Counted from the first letter of the stretch, positions 49,164-59,055 are shown. The stretch: DNA of 64,000 bases from Symbiobacterium thermophilum (GCA_020725105.1 DYFQ01000006.1:2392-66391); one strand, 5' to 3'. Notes: a model not told the origin generated them from the sequence alone. Made by a program: numbers and translations.

Positions 49164-50383
49164 AGCCAGCCGCCGGCCGGCGCCTGAAGCCGGGTTTGAG
49201 ACCGGGCCTGAGCCCGCGCTGGCGCCTGTGGCTGTTGCAGGTTTTGGCGCCGCTTCTGGCCATCCTCTTCGGGGCCCTGGTGGCCTCGGTCATCATCCTT
49301 TTCATCGGCAAGGACCCGCTGGCGGTCTACGGCCTCATGCTCCGCTTCAGCCTGACCCGCCCCGACAGCATCGCCTCCATCCTGTTCAAGGCGACGCCGC
49401 TCATCTTCGCCGGCCTGGCGGTGGCCATGAGCTTCCGGGCCGCGCTGTGGAACATCGGGGTGGAGGGCCAGTACTACGTCGGCGCCCTCTGCGCCGCCCT
49501 GGTGGCCTTCGGGGTAAAGGGTCTGCCGGTCGTGGTTCACCTGCCCCTCACCCTGCTGGCGGCGGTGGCCGGCGGCATGGCCTGGGCGCTGTTGCCCATC
49601 GTGCTGAAGCTGCGGCGGGGGGCCCACGAGGTCATCACCACCATCATGATGAACCACATCGCCGCCGCCGTGCTCCTGTACCTGCTGGCCGATGTCTTGC
49701 GGGACCCGGCGCAGGCGGGGACGCCCCGGGTCAGGACGCCGGTGTTCGAGCCGACGGCCCTGGTCCCGTCGCTCCGGCCGCTCCTGGACGCCGTCGGCTT
49801 CCGGATCCCCGGTTACTCCAGCCTGAACTGGCTGTTGCCCGCCGGGTTGCTCCTGGCCGGCCTGCTGTACCTCTTTCTCACCCGCACCCGCTTCGGCTAC
49901 GAGGTGCGGGCGGTGGCCCTGAACCCGGACGCGGCCGAGGCGGCCGGCATCCGCATCGCCCGGGTACAGTTCCTGATGTTTCTTTTGAGCGGCGGTATCG
50001 CCGGGCTGGTAGGGCTCAACGACGTGCTGGGCTTCTTCGGCTACCTGGACATCGACTTCCCCAAGGGGCTCGGTTTCCTGGGCATCTCGGTGGCGCTCCT
50101 GGCCAAGAACAACCCGCTGGGCGTCATCCTGGCCGCGCTGCTCATCGGCTTTCTTGACCGGGGCGCCCAGGGCGTGCAGGTCTTCGCCGGGGTGCCGCGG
50201 GAGGTCATCACCATCCTGCAGGCGGTGATCATCCTGGCCATCGTGGTGGCCTACGAACTCCTCACCCGCTACGTCCGGGTCCTCCGCAAGCGGGAGGCGG
50301 AACGGGCGGCGCCGCCCGCCGCGCCGTCCGGGACGCTTGCCGCGGCTGCGCCCGGCGGCCCGGGTCCGGGGGGTGGCGGTTGA
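49160..50383 (+). CDS. ABC transporter permease (BMP-system, first)
   Basis: Polytopic; overlaps the ATPase stop (GTGA). Confidence 0.85.
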   Translation: MKPAAGRRLKPGLRPGLSPRWRLWLLQVLAPLLAILFGALVASVIILFIGKDPLAVYGLMLRFSLTRPDSIASILFKATPLIFAGLAVAMSFRAALWNIGVEGQYYVGALCAALVAFGVKGLPVVVHLPLTLLAAVAGGMAWALLPIVLKLRRGAHEVITTIMMNHIAAAVLLYLLADVLRDPAQAGTPRVRTPVFEPTALVPSLRPLLDAVGFRIPGYSSLNWLLPAGLLLAGLLYLFLTRTRFGYEVRAVALNPDAAEAAGIRIARVQFLMFLLSGGIAGLVGLNDVLGFFGYLDIDFPKGLGFLGISVALLAKNNPLGVILAALLIGFLDRGAQGVQVFAGVPREVITILQAVIILAIVVAYELLTRYVRVLRKREAERAAPPAAPSGTLAAAAPGGPGPGGGG

Positions 50384-51315
50384 TGGAGACGCTGGCGTCC
50401 CTCTTCAGCCTGGCGCTCCTGGCGTCGGCCGTCCGGCTGACGGTGCCCGTCCTCCTGGCCGCCCTGGGGGCCGTCTTCTCCGAGCGCGGCGGGGTCATCA
50501 ACATCGGCCTCGAAGGCATCATGATCATGGGCACCTTCTTCGGCGCCGTGGGCACCTACTACGGGGGCCCGGTGGTGGGGCTTCTGGCGGCCGTCGCGGC
50601 CGGTGTCGTCTTCTCCGCCGTCCACGGCCTGCTGGCCATCACCTTACGGGTGGACCAGATCATCAGCGGCGTGGTCCTGAACATGCTGGCCGTCGGGCTG
50701 GCCAGGTTTCTCAACATCATGCTCTTCGGCGTGGCCACCCAGTCCCCGGGCATCCGTGGCTTCACCCCGCTGAGCATCCCGGTGCTCCGCGACATCCCGG
50801 CGCTCAAGCCCATCGCCGCCGGCATCTCACCCCTCATCCCGCTGGCGCTGGCGCTCGTGGTCGCGGGCCACTGGGTGCTGGTGCGCACCACTTTCGGGCT
50901 CCGGCTCAGGGCGGTGGGCGAGAACCCGCTGGCCGCCGACACGGTGGGCGTCAACGTGTTTCTCATGCGCTACCTCGGCGTGCTCATCAGCGGCGCCCTG
51001 GCGGGGATGGCCGGCGCCTACCTCTCCATCGAGCAGGGTCGGGGTTACCTGGAGGGAATGACCCAGGGCCGCGGCTTCATCGCCCTGGCCGCCATGATCT
51101 TCGGCAACTGGTGGCCGGTGGGCGCCCTGGGCGCCTCGGCGCTGTTCGGCTACTTCGACGCCCTGAGCCTCCGGGTGGTGGCCCTGAACGTGCCCTACCA
51201 GTTCCTGAACGTGCTCCCCCACATCGTGACCATCCTGGTGCTGGCGGGCTTCGTGCGCCGGGCCCGGCCACCGGCCGCCGACGGGATCCCCTACGCCAAA
51301 GAGGAGCAAGGATGA
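50380..51315 (+). CDS. ABC transporter permease (BMP-system, second)
   Basis: Polytopic; ATGA overlap with the preceding gene. Confidence 0.85.
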   Translation: MMETLASLFSLALLASAVRLTVPVLLAALGAVFSERGGVINIGLEGIMIMGTFFGAVGTYYGGPVVGLLAAVAAGVVFSAVHGLLAITLRVDQIISGVVLNMLAVGLARFLNIMLFGVATQSPGIRGFTPLSIPVLRDIPALKPIAAGISPLIPLALALVVAGHWVLVRTTFGLRLRAVGENPLAADTVGVNVFLMRYLGVLISGALAGMAGAYLSIEQGRGYLEGMTQGRGFIALAAMIFGNWWPVGALGASALFGYFDALSLRVVALNVPYQFLNVLPHIVTILVLAGFVRRARPPAADGIPYAKEEQG

Positions 51316-52226
51316 CTTCCGGCACCGTGGTGGTGGTGGGCGGGGCCGGCGTGGACGTCAAGGCCTCGCCGGCCGGCGCCCTGGCGCGGGCCACCTCCAA
51401 CCCGGGGCGGGTGCGGCTTTCGGCCGGCGGCGCCGCCCGGAACGTGGCCGAGAACCTGGCCCGCCTGGGCGAGCGAGTGAAGCTGGTGGCGGCCGTGGGC
51501 GACGACCCCCTCGCCGACCTGGTGCTGGGGCCGACGGCGGCGGCCGGGGTCGACGTGACCGGCGTCCGCAGGGTAGCCGCTCCCACCGGGGTTTACGCGG
51601 CCGTGCTGGCCGGCGGCGAACTGGAGGTGGCCGTGGCCCAGCAGGGAGCCGCCGAGGCCCTCACCCCGGCTGATCTGAGCCGCGAGGCGGCCACCCTGCG
51701 GGATGCCGCCTGCGTGGTTCTGGACGCCAACCTGTTGCCGGAAACGGCCTCCGAGGCCGCCCGGCTGGCCAGAGGCGTCCCCCTGTGCCTGTTGCCGACG
51801 TCAGCCGCCAAAGCGCCCCGGCTGGCGCCGCTTCTGCCCCTGGCCGGCCTCTGCGTCCTGAGCGCCCGTGAGGCGGCCGTCCTGACGGGCCAGCCGGCGG
51901 CCGGTGACTCCGATCGGGGCCTGGCGGTGGCGCGGGCCGTGGCCCGGCTGGGTGCCCGGGCCGTCGTCCTCACGCTGGGCCCGGCGGGCCTGGGCTGGTG
52001 GTCGGAGGCGGGCGGCTGGTGGCAGGCCGCCTTGCCCGCCCGGGTGGTGGACGCGACCGGGGCGGGCGACGCCGCGGCGGCGGCAGCCGTCTGGGCCTGG
52101 CGGCGGAAGCTGGAGCCCCCCCGGGTGCTGCGCCTGGCGGCGGCGGCCGCGGCCCTCACCGTTGCGTCGGAGGAAACGGTGGCGCCCCAGCTTGGACCGG
52201 AGGTGCTGGAGGCCCATGGCCGCTGA
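51312..52226 (+). CDS. psuK: PfkB-family carbohydrate kinase, probable pseudouridine kinase
   Basis: MTSGTVVVVGGAGVDV..., GGAARNVA and DATGAGDA motifs of the ribokinase family; ATGA overlap with the permease stop; directly followed by psuG. Confidence 0.7.
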   Translation: MTSGTVVVVGGAGVDVKASPAGALARATSNPGRVRLSAGGAARNVAENLARLGERVKLVAAVGDDPLADLVLGPTAAAGVDVTGVRRVAAPTGVYAAVLAGGELEVAVAQQGAAEALTPADLSREAATLRDAACVVLDANLLPETASEAARLARGVPLCLLPTSAAKAPRLAPLLPLAGLCVLSAREAAVLTGQPAAGDSDRGLAVARAVARLGARAVVLTLGPAGLGWWSEAGGWWQAALPARVVDATGAGDAAAAAAVWAWRRKLEPPRVLRLAAAAAALTVASEETVAPQLGPEVLEAHGR

Positions 52227-53136
52227 CCGGATGAGAACTCCCTTCAAGCTCGCCGAACCGGTGCGCCAGGCCTTGGCCGCCGGCCGGCCCGTCGTGGCCC
52301 TGGAGTCGGCGGTGGTCTCCCACGGGCTGCCTCACCCGGTGAGCCTTGACGCCGCGGCGCGGCTGGAGGCGGCGGTACGGGCGGCGGGAGCCGTACCCGC
52401 CACCGTGGCCGTGCTGGCCGGTGAGCTCGTGGTCGGCGCCTCCCCGGAGGAACTGGCCCGGCTGGTCGAACCCGGCGCCGTGAAGCTCGCGGCGCGGGAC
52501 CTGCCGGCGGCCGTGGTCCGCCGGCTCACCGGCGGCACCACCGTCTCGGCCACCCTGGCCGCGGCCGAAGGGGCGGGCATCGCGGTGCTGGCCACCGGCG
52601 GCATCGGCGGGGTGCACCTGGGCGCCGAGGTCACCGGCGACGTCTCGCCGGACCTGGTGGAGCTTTCCCGCCGGGCGGTGGCCGTCGTGTGCTCGGGAGC
52701 CAAAGCGGTGTGTGACGCCGGCCGGACCCTGGAGTATCTGGAGACGCTGGGCGTTCCGGTGGTCGGGGTCGGCACCGGCCGCTTTCCCTGCTTCTACGCC
52801 GCCGACAGCGGTTATGCGGTGCCGTTCACGGCGAGCGGCCCCGACGAAGTGGCCCGCTGGATCCGGGCCCTGCGCCGGCTGGGGGAGCGGCGGGGGTTGC
52901 TGGTGGTCCACCCGGTGCCGGCGCGGGCGGCCCTGGACCCGGGAACCGTTCGGGCGGCGGTGGGCCAGGCCCGGCGGGAGGCCGAGGCACGAGGAGTGGC
53001 CGGCAAAGACCTGACCCCGTACCTGCTGGCCGCCCTGAACCGGCTGACGGCCGGAAAGACCCTCGAAACCAACCTGGCGCTCCTGGAGGCCAACGCGGCG
53101 CTGGCGGGACGGATCGCGACTGCCCTGGCCGGCTAG
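52216..53136 (+). CDS. psuG: Pseudouridine-5'-phosphate glycosidase (IndA/YeiN family)
   Basis: PVVALESAVVSHGLPHP...AVPATVAVLAG...ATGGIGGVHLGAE...VVCSGAKAVCDAGRTLEYLETLGVPVVG aligns closely with E. coli YeiN. Confidence 0.9.
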   Translation: MAADRMRTPFKLAEPVRQALAAGRPVVALESAVVSHGLPHPVSLDAAARLEAAVRAAGAVPATVAVLAGELVVGASPEELARLVEPGAVKLAARDLPAAVVRRLTGGTTVSATLAAAEGAGIAVLATGGIGGVHLGAEVTGDVSPDLVELSRRAVAVVCSGAKAVCDAGRTLEYLETLGVPVVGVGTGRFPCFYAADSGYAVPFTASGPDEVARWIRALRRLGERRGLLVVHPVPARAALDPGTVRAAVGQARREAEARGVAGKDLTPYLLAALNRLTAGKTLETNLALLEANAALAGRIATALAG

Positions 53137-53723
53137 CCGCCCTGCTCCAGGACGGCTTCGCCGCTTCGAGCCCGGCCGCCGGTCCCCGCTTCCAGGCGCG
53201 CCCGGTACGCGTCGCGATTCAGTGACATCAGGATCAGGTCCGGTTGGGCAGCCTGCGCCGGCCGCCGCCGCCCCAGGCGGAGCACGGCGGTCTTACGAAA
53301 GCCACACTTCTCGTAGCAGCGAATCGCCCGCGCGTTGTCGGCGTAGACCCGGAGGTAGAGGTGGCGGAGGCCAAGCCGCCCAAAGGCGTAGGGCAACACG
53401 GCCTGGACGGCGGCGGTGCCGTAACCCTTCCCCCAGTAGACCCGCTCGCCGATGCAGACCGTCAGCTCGGCCAGTCCCTGTCGCCACGCGATATGGTGGA
53501 GTTCCACCGTACCGATGAGCGAGCCGTCGGGCGTCTCGATGGCCAGGGCCCGGTGGTTGAGCCCGGCACGCACCCGGCGGAACCAGTCCACCAGGCTCCA
53601 CCGGGTGGGGAACTTCTTCCCCATCCACCTGATTATCTCGCCGTCCTCGTCCCAGCGCACGACCGCCTGGAGGTCCGACCTGTCCAGGGGCCGCAGGACC
53701 ACCCGGGTCCCGTTGGACTCCAC
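53133..53723 (-). CDS. GNAT-family N-acetyltransferase (RimJ/RimL-like)
   Basis: 196 aa; acetyl-CoA-binding motif A (RLGLRHLYLRVYADNARAIRCYEKCGF). Confidence 0.75.
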   Translation of the reverse strand: MESNGTRVVLRPLDRSDLQAVVRWDEDGEIIRWMGKKFPTRWSLVDWFRRVRAGLNHRALAIETPDGSLIGTVELHHIAWRQGLAELTVCIGERVYWGKGYGTAAVQAVLPYAFGRLGLRHLYLRVYADNARAIRCYEKCGFRKTAVLRLGRRRPAQAAQPDLILMSLNRDAYRARLEAGTGGRARSGEAVLEQGG

Positions 53724-53843
53724 CGCCGACGCCCCTCATCAACCCGGCGCCCCGGAGCAGGCCCCCGGGGCGGCGGGTTGTCGATGGCCCACCTATTCGC
53801 TGGGCCCGGTGGCGGACCCTGGTGGGAATTGGAGGAATCGGGC

Positions 53844-54878
53844 TCAGGCGGTCTGCCGGGCCAGCCTGGCCGAGAGCAACCCGTGCCGCTCCAGCGCGGC
53901 GTCCACGATCCACAGGACCAGGTCCTCGTAGGCCACGCCGCCCACCTGGGCCATGCGGGGCAGGTCCGAATACCCCGGGCAGAGACCGGGCAACGGGTTG
54001 ATCTCCAGGACGTAGGGGTTGCCCGCCGCGTCAAGGCGGATGTCGACCCGCCCCACGTCGTAGCAGCGGATGGCGCGGTAGGCGGCGATGGCCAGTCGCT
54101 CCAGGCGCCCGGCCAGTTCGGCCGGGATGTCGGCCGGGCAGGCAAAGTAGTCCCAGGTGTCCCATTCCTGCTTGAACCGGTAGGAGTAAACTGCCCCGTG
54201 TTCCGGGTCGGGGACCCGGTCGAAGAGCACCTCCAGGATGGGAAACACGTGGTAGTCGCGGTTGCCCAGGACGCCCACGGTGAACTCCCGCCCGGGCAGG
54301 AACTCCTCGACCAGGGCGGGCCCCCCATAGCTCGCGTGAAGCCACTCCACCTGGGCCACCAGTTCCCGCTTGTCCCGGACCACCGACGCCGGGGTGACAC
54401 CCATGCTGGAGCCCTCCCGGGCCGGCTTGACAAACAGCGGGAACCTGAGGCTCCGCCTGAGGACGATGGGATCACCCGGGTAGAAGGTCTGCCCGCGGGG
54501 CACCGGCACCCCCTCGGCCGCCCACACCCGCTTGGCCATGGGCTTGTCAAGGGCCAGGGCCAGGGTGAGCGGGCCCGAGCCGGTGTAGGGTATGCCCAGC
54601 ATCTCCAGGATGGCGGGCACGTGAGACTCGCGGGACTCGCCCCGGAGCCCCTCGGCCAGGTTGAAGACCAGGTCGGGCCGGAGCCGGCGCAGCCGCGGGT
54701 AGAGTTCCTCGTCGGCCTCCAGCCGCGTGACGGCGTACCCGGCGCCGGTAAGCGCGTCGGCCACCGCGCAAATGGTGCGGGGCGAGTCGTACTCGGCGTA
54801 GCGGTCCGGAGGTTCGTCCTCCTCGGCGGCGGCCTCCGGCTTCAAGTTGAAGACAAGGCCGATGTGGGTGCGCTTCAA
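53844..54878 (-). CDS. ATP-grasp enzyme of the D-alanine--D-alanine ligase family, with atypical N-terminus
   Basis: Ddl_C-like core (FPLFVKPAREGSSMGV...LVEEFLPGREFTVGVLGN...YVLEINPLPGL) but the N-terminus lacks the canonical Ddl GGxSxE motif. TTG start; a 159-nt leader follows a TTGACA-16-TAAAAT promoter (55045-55072). Confidence 0.7.
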   Translation of the reverse strand: MKRTHIGLVFNLKPEAAAEEDEPPDRYAEYDSPRTICAVADALTGAGYAVTRLEADEELYPRLRRLRPDLVFNLAEGLRGESRESHVPAILEMLGIPYTGSGPLTLALALDKPMAKRVWAAEGVPVPRGQTFYPGDPIVLRRSLRFPLFVKPAREGSSMGVTPASVVRDKRELVAQVEWLHASYGGPALVEEFLPGREFTVGVLGNRDYHVFPILEVLFDRVPDPEHGAVYSYRFKQEWDTWDYFACPADIPAELAGRLERLAIAAYRAIRCYDVGRVDIRLDAAGNPYVLEINPLPGLCPGYSDLPRMAQVGGVAYEDLVLWIVDAALERHGLLSARLARQTA

Positions 54879-55111
54879 GGGATCGGTTCTCCTTCCTCTC
54901 AGGAACTGGGGACCGGGACTACGGCACCGCTACCCGGGTGCCTCGGGTCGAGTGGTTCACCTGACCCTTCCCTGTCCCATCGCCTCCCTCATCGAGGTGG
55001 AAACCGATCCGCCGCGCAGGAGTCCATTGTTCCCTGGCTGGCTCCTATTTTACTCCGCCACAAACCCCTGTCAATCGGCCAAACGGCCGTTGATCCCGAT
55101 ACAAGAACCGG

Positions 55112-56071
55112 TCAACCGGCGCCATCCTGGCGACAGCGGCCCATGACCCCTCGCAGGACCGCCCCGTCCACGTTGCCTCCCGTCAGGACCACTGCCACCC
55201 GCCGGCCGGAAAATGCCCGGCCCGCCTCGAGCAGGGCCGCCACGCCCACGGCTCCCGACCCCTCGACCACCAGCCGCTCCCGTTCCAGGCACCAGACCAT
55301 GGCCCGGGCGATGGCCGGTTCCGAAACCGTCCACACGCCGTCCAGCCAGGCGCGGCAGCGCTCGAAACTGGAGCGGCTCGTCCGGCCGGCCAGCCCGTCG
55401 GCGAGGCTGGGGCCGATGGGGACCTCCACGAAGCGCCCGGCGCCGAAAGAAGCGGCCATCGGCGCCGAGGCCTCGGGCTGCACGCCGATGACCCGGACGC
55501 CGGGCCTCGCCTCCTTCACGGCCATGGCCACGCCCGCGGCCAGGCCGCCGCCGCCCACCGGCACCACGACGTCGTCGACCTCGGGCCAGTCCTCGGCCAG
55601 TTCCAGGCCGACGGTCCCCTGGCCCTCGCCGACCCGCGGGTCGTCAAAGGCGTGCACGAAAAGGGCTTTCGTCTGGCTGGCCAGCTCCAGCGCGGCGTCC
55701 TCCGCCTCGTCGTAGGTGGCGCCACGTTCCACGACCCGGGCTCCCAGGCGACGGGTGGCCTCCACCTTGCCCCGGCTGGCTCCCGTGGGGACCATCAGCG
55801 TGGCCTCGAAGCCAAGGCCCCTTGCGGCGTGGGCCACGCCCAGCGCGTGATTGCCGGCCGAAGCCGCCACCAGGCCGACCCCCCTCGCCGCGGGACCGAG
55901 GCTCAGCAGAAAGTTGTACGCCCCCCGCACCTTGAAAGAGCGGGTCACCTGCCAGCACTCGAGCTTCAGCGCGACCTCTGCGCCGGTGGCCTCGCTCAGA
56001 GCCGGCGAGGGCACCAGCGGCGTGCGGCGGACAAAGGGGCGGATCCGGCGGGCCGCAGCCGTTGCCGCCAC
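55112..56071 (-). CDS. PLP-dependent fold-type II enzyme, threonine/serine dehydratase-like
   Basis: Lys motif SFKVRGAYN, glycine-rich PVGGGGLAAGVA. Start inferred at GTG ~56071; the track ORF extends to 56173. Confidence 0.75.
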   Translation of the reverse strand: MAATAAARRIRPFVRRTPLVPSPALSEATGAEVALKLECWQVTRSFKVRGAYNFLLSLGPAARGVGLVAASAGNHALGVAHAARGLGFEATLMVPTGASRGKVEATRRLGARVVERGATYDEAEDAALELASQTKALFVHAFDDPRVGEGQGTVGLELAEDWPEVDDVVVPVGGGGLAAGVAMAVKEARPGVRVIGVQPEASAPMAASFGAGRFVEVPIGPSLADGLAGRTSRSSFERCRAWLDGVWTVSEPAIARAMVWCLERERLVVEGSGAVGVAALLEAGRAFSGRRVAVVLTGGNVDGAVLRGVMGRCRQDGAG

Positions 56072-56127
56072 GATCGGGTGTCGCAGGTGGCCGGTCTTGA
56101 AAGAGTCACGAGCTTCCGCGTGCTTCT

Positions 56128-58077
56128 TCACAGCTCTTGTGCCTCGATTACGCTTGCCTGATGCAAGCGCCACCAGGCGCTCTCCAGGCCCAGCGACTGC
56201 AGACGGGGCAGCCGCTGCAGCCCGGTTGCGGGATCCCAGCCCTGCAGAGCATAGTACTTCGTCAGCATCGCATCGAAAGCGTCCCGGTCGATCCGGCAGC
56301 CGGAGAAGATGCCCCCGCTGACCGGCACGCTCATCACCCGTTCGGGCAGGTAATCGTCGCGTCGACTCATACGACCATGCAAAGTGTTGAACGCTCTCTC
56401 CACGTTGACAATGCGATGGCCGATAGTGAGCAGCTCACCTTCGCTCAGCTCAGCAGTGCCCGTGGCCTTCAGCAACCGGCACAGGTTGCCGGGGTCGGCA
56501 AGAGCTACATCGTACCAACCATAGACCAGATAGCAAAGGCCCAAGCAATCTATGACAGCCTTGTAGGCGTCAAACCAGTACACCAGACGCTCTTTACCGG
56601 TGTACGCTGTCGGATCTCCCGCCGCAGGACAGCCGAAGAGCGATGCTCCCGCTTCGGCGGACAGCTGACGGTTCTCCGTTTGCGGGCTGCCCCCCAGGTG
56701 CCCGCCGCCACGGGTGCTTACCGCGACTCCTAGCGCCCAGGCCCGGTGAGACCGCAGGGCCTGTTCGTTGATGCCGACACCCTTCACGTGCATGGCGGCC
56801 TTCACCGCCGCGCCGCCAACCTGTTGTGCGGCCAGGGAGACGCCTTCCGCCAGCAGATCCCCCAGTCCTTCCCGGTGCGCTATCTGCCGGACCAGTTTCA
56901 GAGCCTGCCTGCTGTCGCCAAAGCGGACCGTTGACCCCCGCCAGGTGTGGGCGGAAAGCCAGCCGTGCTCGAATCCTTCCATGGCCCATGCTACGGTTGC
57001 GGAGGTGCCATCAACGTCAAGACCTAGCGCGTTGCAGGCCGCGTGGACTTCAAGGATGGCCCGCCGGTCGCAGACGTCCCAGTTCGGGCCAAAGCCCCGC
57101 ACTGAATTGGCGTGCATCCCCTCGCACAGGCGCCCGTTCGGCAACCGGTACAGGTGAAGGCACCTGATGAAACAGCCCGGGCAACCGGTCCTACCCACCT
57201 CGTACTCGGCTTTGAAGGCAGTCTCGCTGATTAACCGGTTCTTTTGGACCGGCCAGTATTCGTCCTGAAGGTTCCGAACCGATGCGGGCGCCCCGCCGCT
57301 CCACCCTCCCGCTGCCGCCATGCCGTGCGTCCCAGCGCGCCGGAGAACAGAGGCCGCCTCGGAGGCTTTTAGCTTCCAGACTAGCCGCCGCGCCAGCTCG
57401 AGAAAGTCGGAACTCGGGGCCGAGTTGGGTGAGGACGGGGGAGCGGCGATGGCTTTCAGGTTCTTGGCTCCAAGAATGGCACCAACTCCCCCCCACGCCG
57501 CCGCGTGCGAACCGTCCACCATCAAGCAGGCAATCCTCACCAGATTCTCCCCGGCCGGACCGATGGATCCTATGCTCAGTGCGGGTTCACCGTAACGTTG
57601 CCTGAGCGCCTCCTCGGTTTCCCAGGTCGACAGACCCCACAGCCACCCGGCTGGAAGAATGTGGACGCCCTCTTGATCAACATGAAGATACACGGGACGC
57701 TGGGCCTGCCCCGTGATCACCAAAGCGTCGAGCCCGGCCCCGCGCAGCGCCCCGGCCAGACCGCCACCTGCTGAGGAATAGCTGATGCCGTTAGACAGAA
57801 GATTCTTCGTGCCCACGCTAAGCCGGCACGCAGCGGGGACCCGGGACCCTGCAACTGCTCCAGGAGCCACGACGACTACGTTGTCCGGAGCCAGGGGGTT
57901 CACCGATGGACTGACTCGGTCCCAGATAAACCAGCTGGCCAGGCCTCGGCCGCCAAGCCAGGTGCAGCGGTCATGCGACCGGGTGATTTCTACGGATCGG
58001 TGGGACAGGTCCACCCATGCAACGGTGACTGGAGCCGCTCCCGACGCGCCCAACCCCCTTGCCACCGGCCGAGCCAC
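56128..58077 (-). CDS. Aldehyde:ferredoxin oxidoreductase (AOR) family tungsto/molybdo-pterin enzyme
   Basis: AOR N-terminal domain (LGGRGLASWFIW..., NPLAPDNVVVVAPGAVAGS) and [4Fe-4S] ligand motif GRTGCPGCFIRC, 649 aa. GTG start 8 nt after the upstream permease stop. Lower GC than the flanking DNA. Confidence 0.8.
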   Translation of the reverse strand: MARPVARGLGASGAAPVTVAWVDLSHRSVEITRSHDRCTWLGGRGLASWFIWDRVSPSVNPLAPDNVVVVAPGAVAGSRVPAACRLSVGTKNLLSNGISYSSAGGGLAGALRGAGLDALVITGQAQRPVYLHVDQEGVHILPAGWLWGLSTWETEEALRQRYGEPALSIGSIGPAGENLVRIACLMVDGSHAAAWGGVGAILGAKNLKAIAAPPSSPNSAPSSDFLELARRLVWKLKASEAASVLRRAGTHGMAAAGGWSGGAPASVRNLQDEYWPVQKNRLISETAFKAEYEVGRTGCPGCFIRCLHLYRLPNGRLCEGMHANSVRGFGPNWDVCDRRAILEVHAACNALGLDVDGTSATVAWAMEGFEHGWLSAHTWRGSTVRFGDSRQALKLVRQIAHREGLGDLLAEGVSLAAQQVGGAAVKAAMHVKGVGINEQALRSHRAWALGVAVSTRGGGHLGGSPQTENRQLSAEAGASLFGCPAAGDPTAYTGKERLVYWFDAYKAVIDCLGLCYLVYGWYDVALADPGNLCRLLKATGTAELSEGELLTIGHRIVNVERAFNTLHGRMSRRDDYLPERVMSVPVSGGIFSGCRIDRDAFDAMLTKYYALQGWDPATGLQRLPRLQSLGLESAWWRLHQASVIEAQEL

Positions 58078-58085
58078 AGGCGGGT

Positions 58086-59024
58086 CTACGCCCTTGCCTC
58101 CCGATCATAGGGCTTGAGGAGAGCCTGCGGTGCCTGAGCGCCACGGTAGGCTCGGATGGCCACCAGCACGACGAACACGTAGGGCAACATCAGCATGAAC
58201 TGGGGAGGGACGGTCTGGATGGTCAGTCCCAGCCGGTATTGCAGGGCGTCAACGTAGCCAAACAGCCACGCCCCCATCAGCGTACCAAACGGCACCCAGC
58301 GGCCCAGTATCACCAGCATCAACGAGATCCAACCGCGACCGCCCACCATGCCCTCGCTGTAAGTACCGGTTAGCATCATGGGAAGCAGCGCTCCGGCCAC
58401 TCCGATCAACATACCGCCTATCATTAGGCAGGCGTAGCGAAGCCTTGTAACGGGGATGCCAAGGGAGTCCGCACACCGTGGGTTCTCACCGGTCGCTCTG
58501 ACTCGTAACCCGATGGTGGTATGAAACAGGAACAGGTGCATGATGGCAACAACACCGATGACCACGTAGGACGGGGCCGGCACTCGGAAAAGCCAGCGGC
58601 CAACTATGGGGAGCTCGCTCAGGACTGGCACCTCAACGGCCGGAAAGGTGGCAATCATCGGGGGCAGGAAGCGCAGTCCGATGACCATCCGGTACAGCAG
58701 CGACGAGAGGCCGGTGCCCAGTATGAACAAGGCGAGGCCAATCGTCAGCTGCGGGGCATGGAGCGTAATCGCCGCGTAACCAAGGACAAGCCCGAGAATT
58801 GCCGCTGCCAGGGCTGCCGCCACCAGCCCAAACAGCTTGGCACCGGTAACGTATGCGACCAGGAAGCCAACCACCGCTCCTAAAGCCATCATGCCTTCGA
58901 TGGAAACGTTCAGGATGCCGGAGCGTTGGATCAGAAGTTCGCCCTGGGCCGCCAATACCAGAGGCGTTGCTACAAACACCATCTGGCGGAGCACTTCAGG
59001 GTCAAAGAAGAACTGCCACCCCAT
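58086..59024 (-). CDS. ABC transporter permease (second BMP-type system)
   Basis: 312-aa polytopic protein homologous to the 50380..51315 permease; GC ~60%. Confidence 0.8.
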   Translation of the reverse strand: MGWQFFFDPEVLRQMVFVATPLVLAAQGELLIQRSGILNVSIEGMMALGAVVGFLVAYVTGAKLFGLVAAALAAAILGLVLGYAAITLHAPQLTIGLALFILGTGLSSLLYRMVIGLRFLPPMIATFPAVEVPVLSELPIVGRWLFRVPAPSYVVIGVVAIMHLFLFHTTIGLRVRATGENPRCADSLGIPVTRLRYACLMIGGMLIGVAGALLPMMLTGTYSEGMVGGRGWISLMLVILGRWVPFGTLMGAWLFGYVDALQYRLGLTIQTVPPQFMLMLPYVFVVLVAIRAYRGAQAPQALLKPYDREARA

Positions 59025-59055
59025 GCATGTCCTCTCCTGTGGCCGGGGGCCGGAG

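Noticed and set aside
50337-51311. Upstream part of the 629-aa plus-strand ORF 50337..52226
   Set aside because: Out-of-frame overlap with the second permease gene; only 51312..52226 (PfkB kinase) is coding in this frame.
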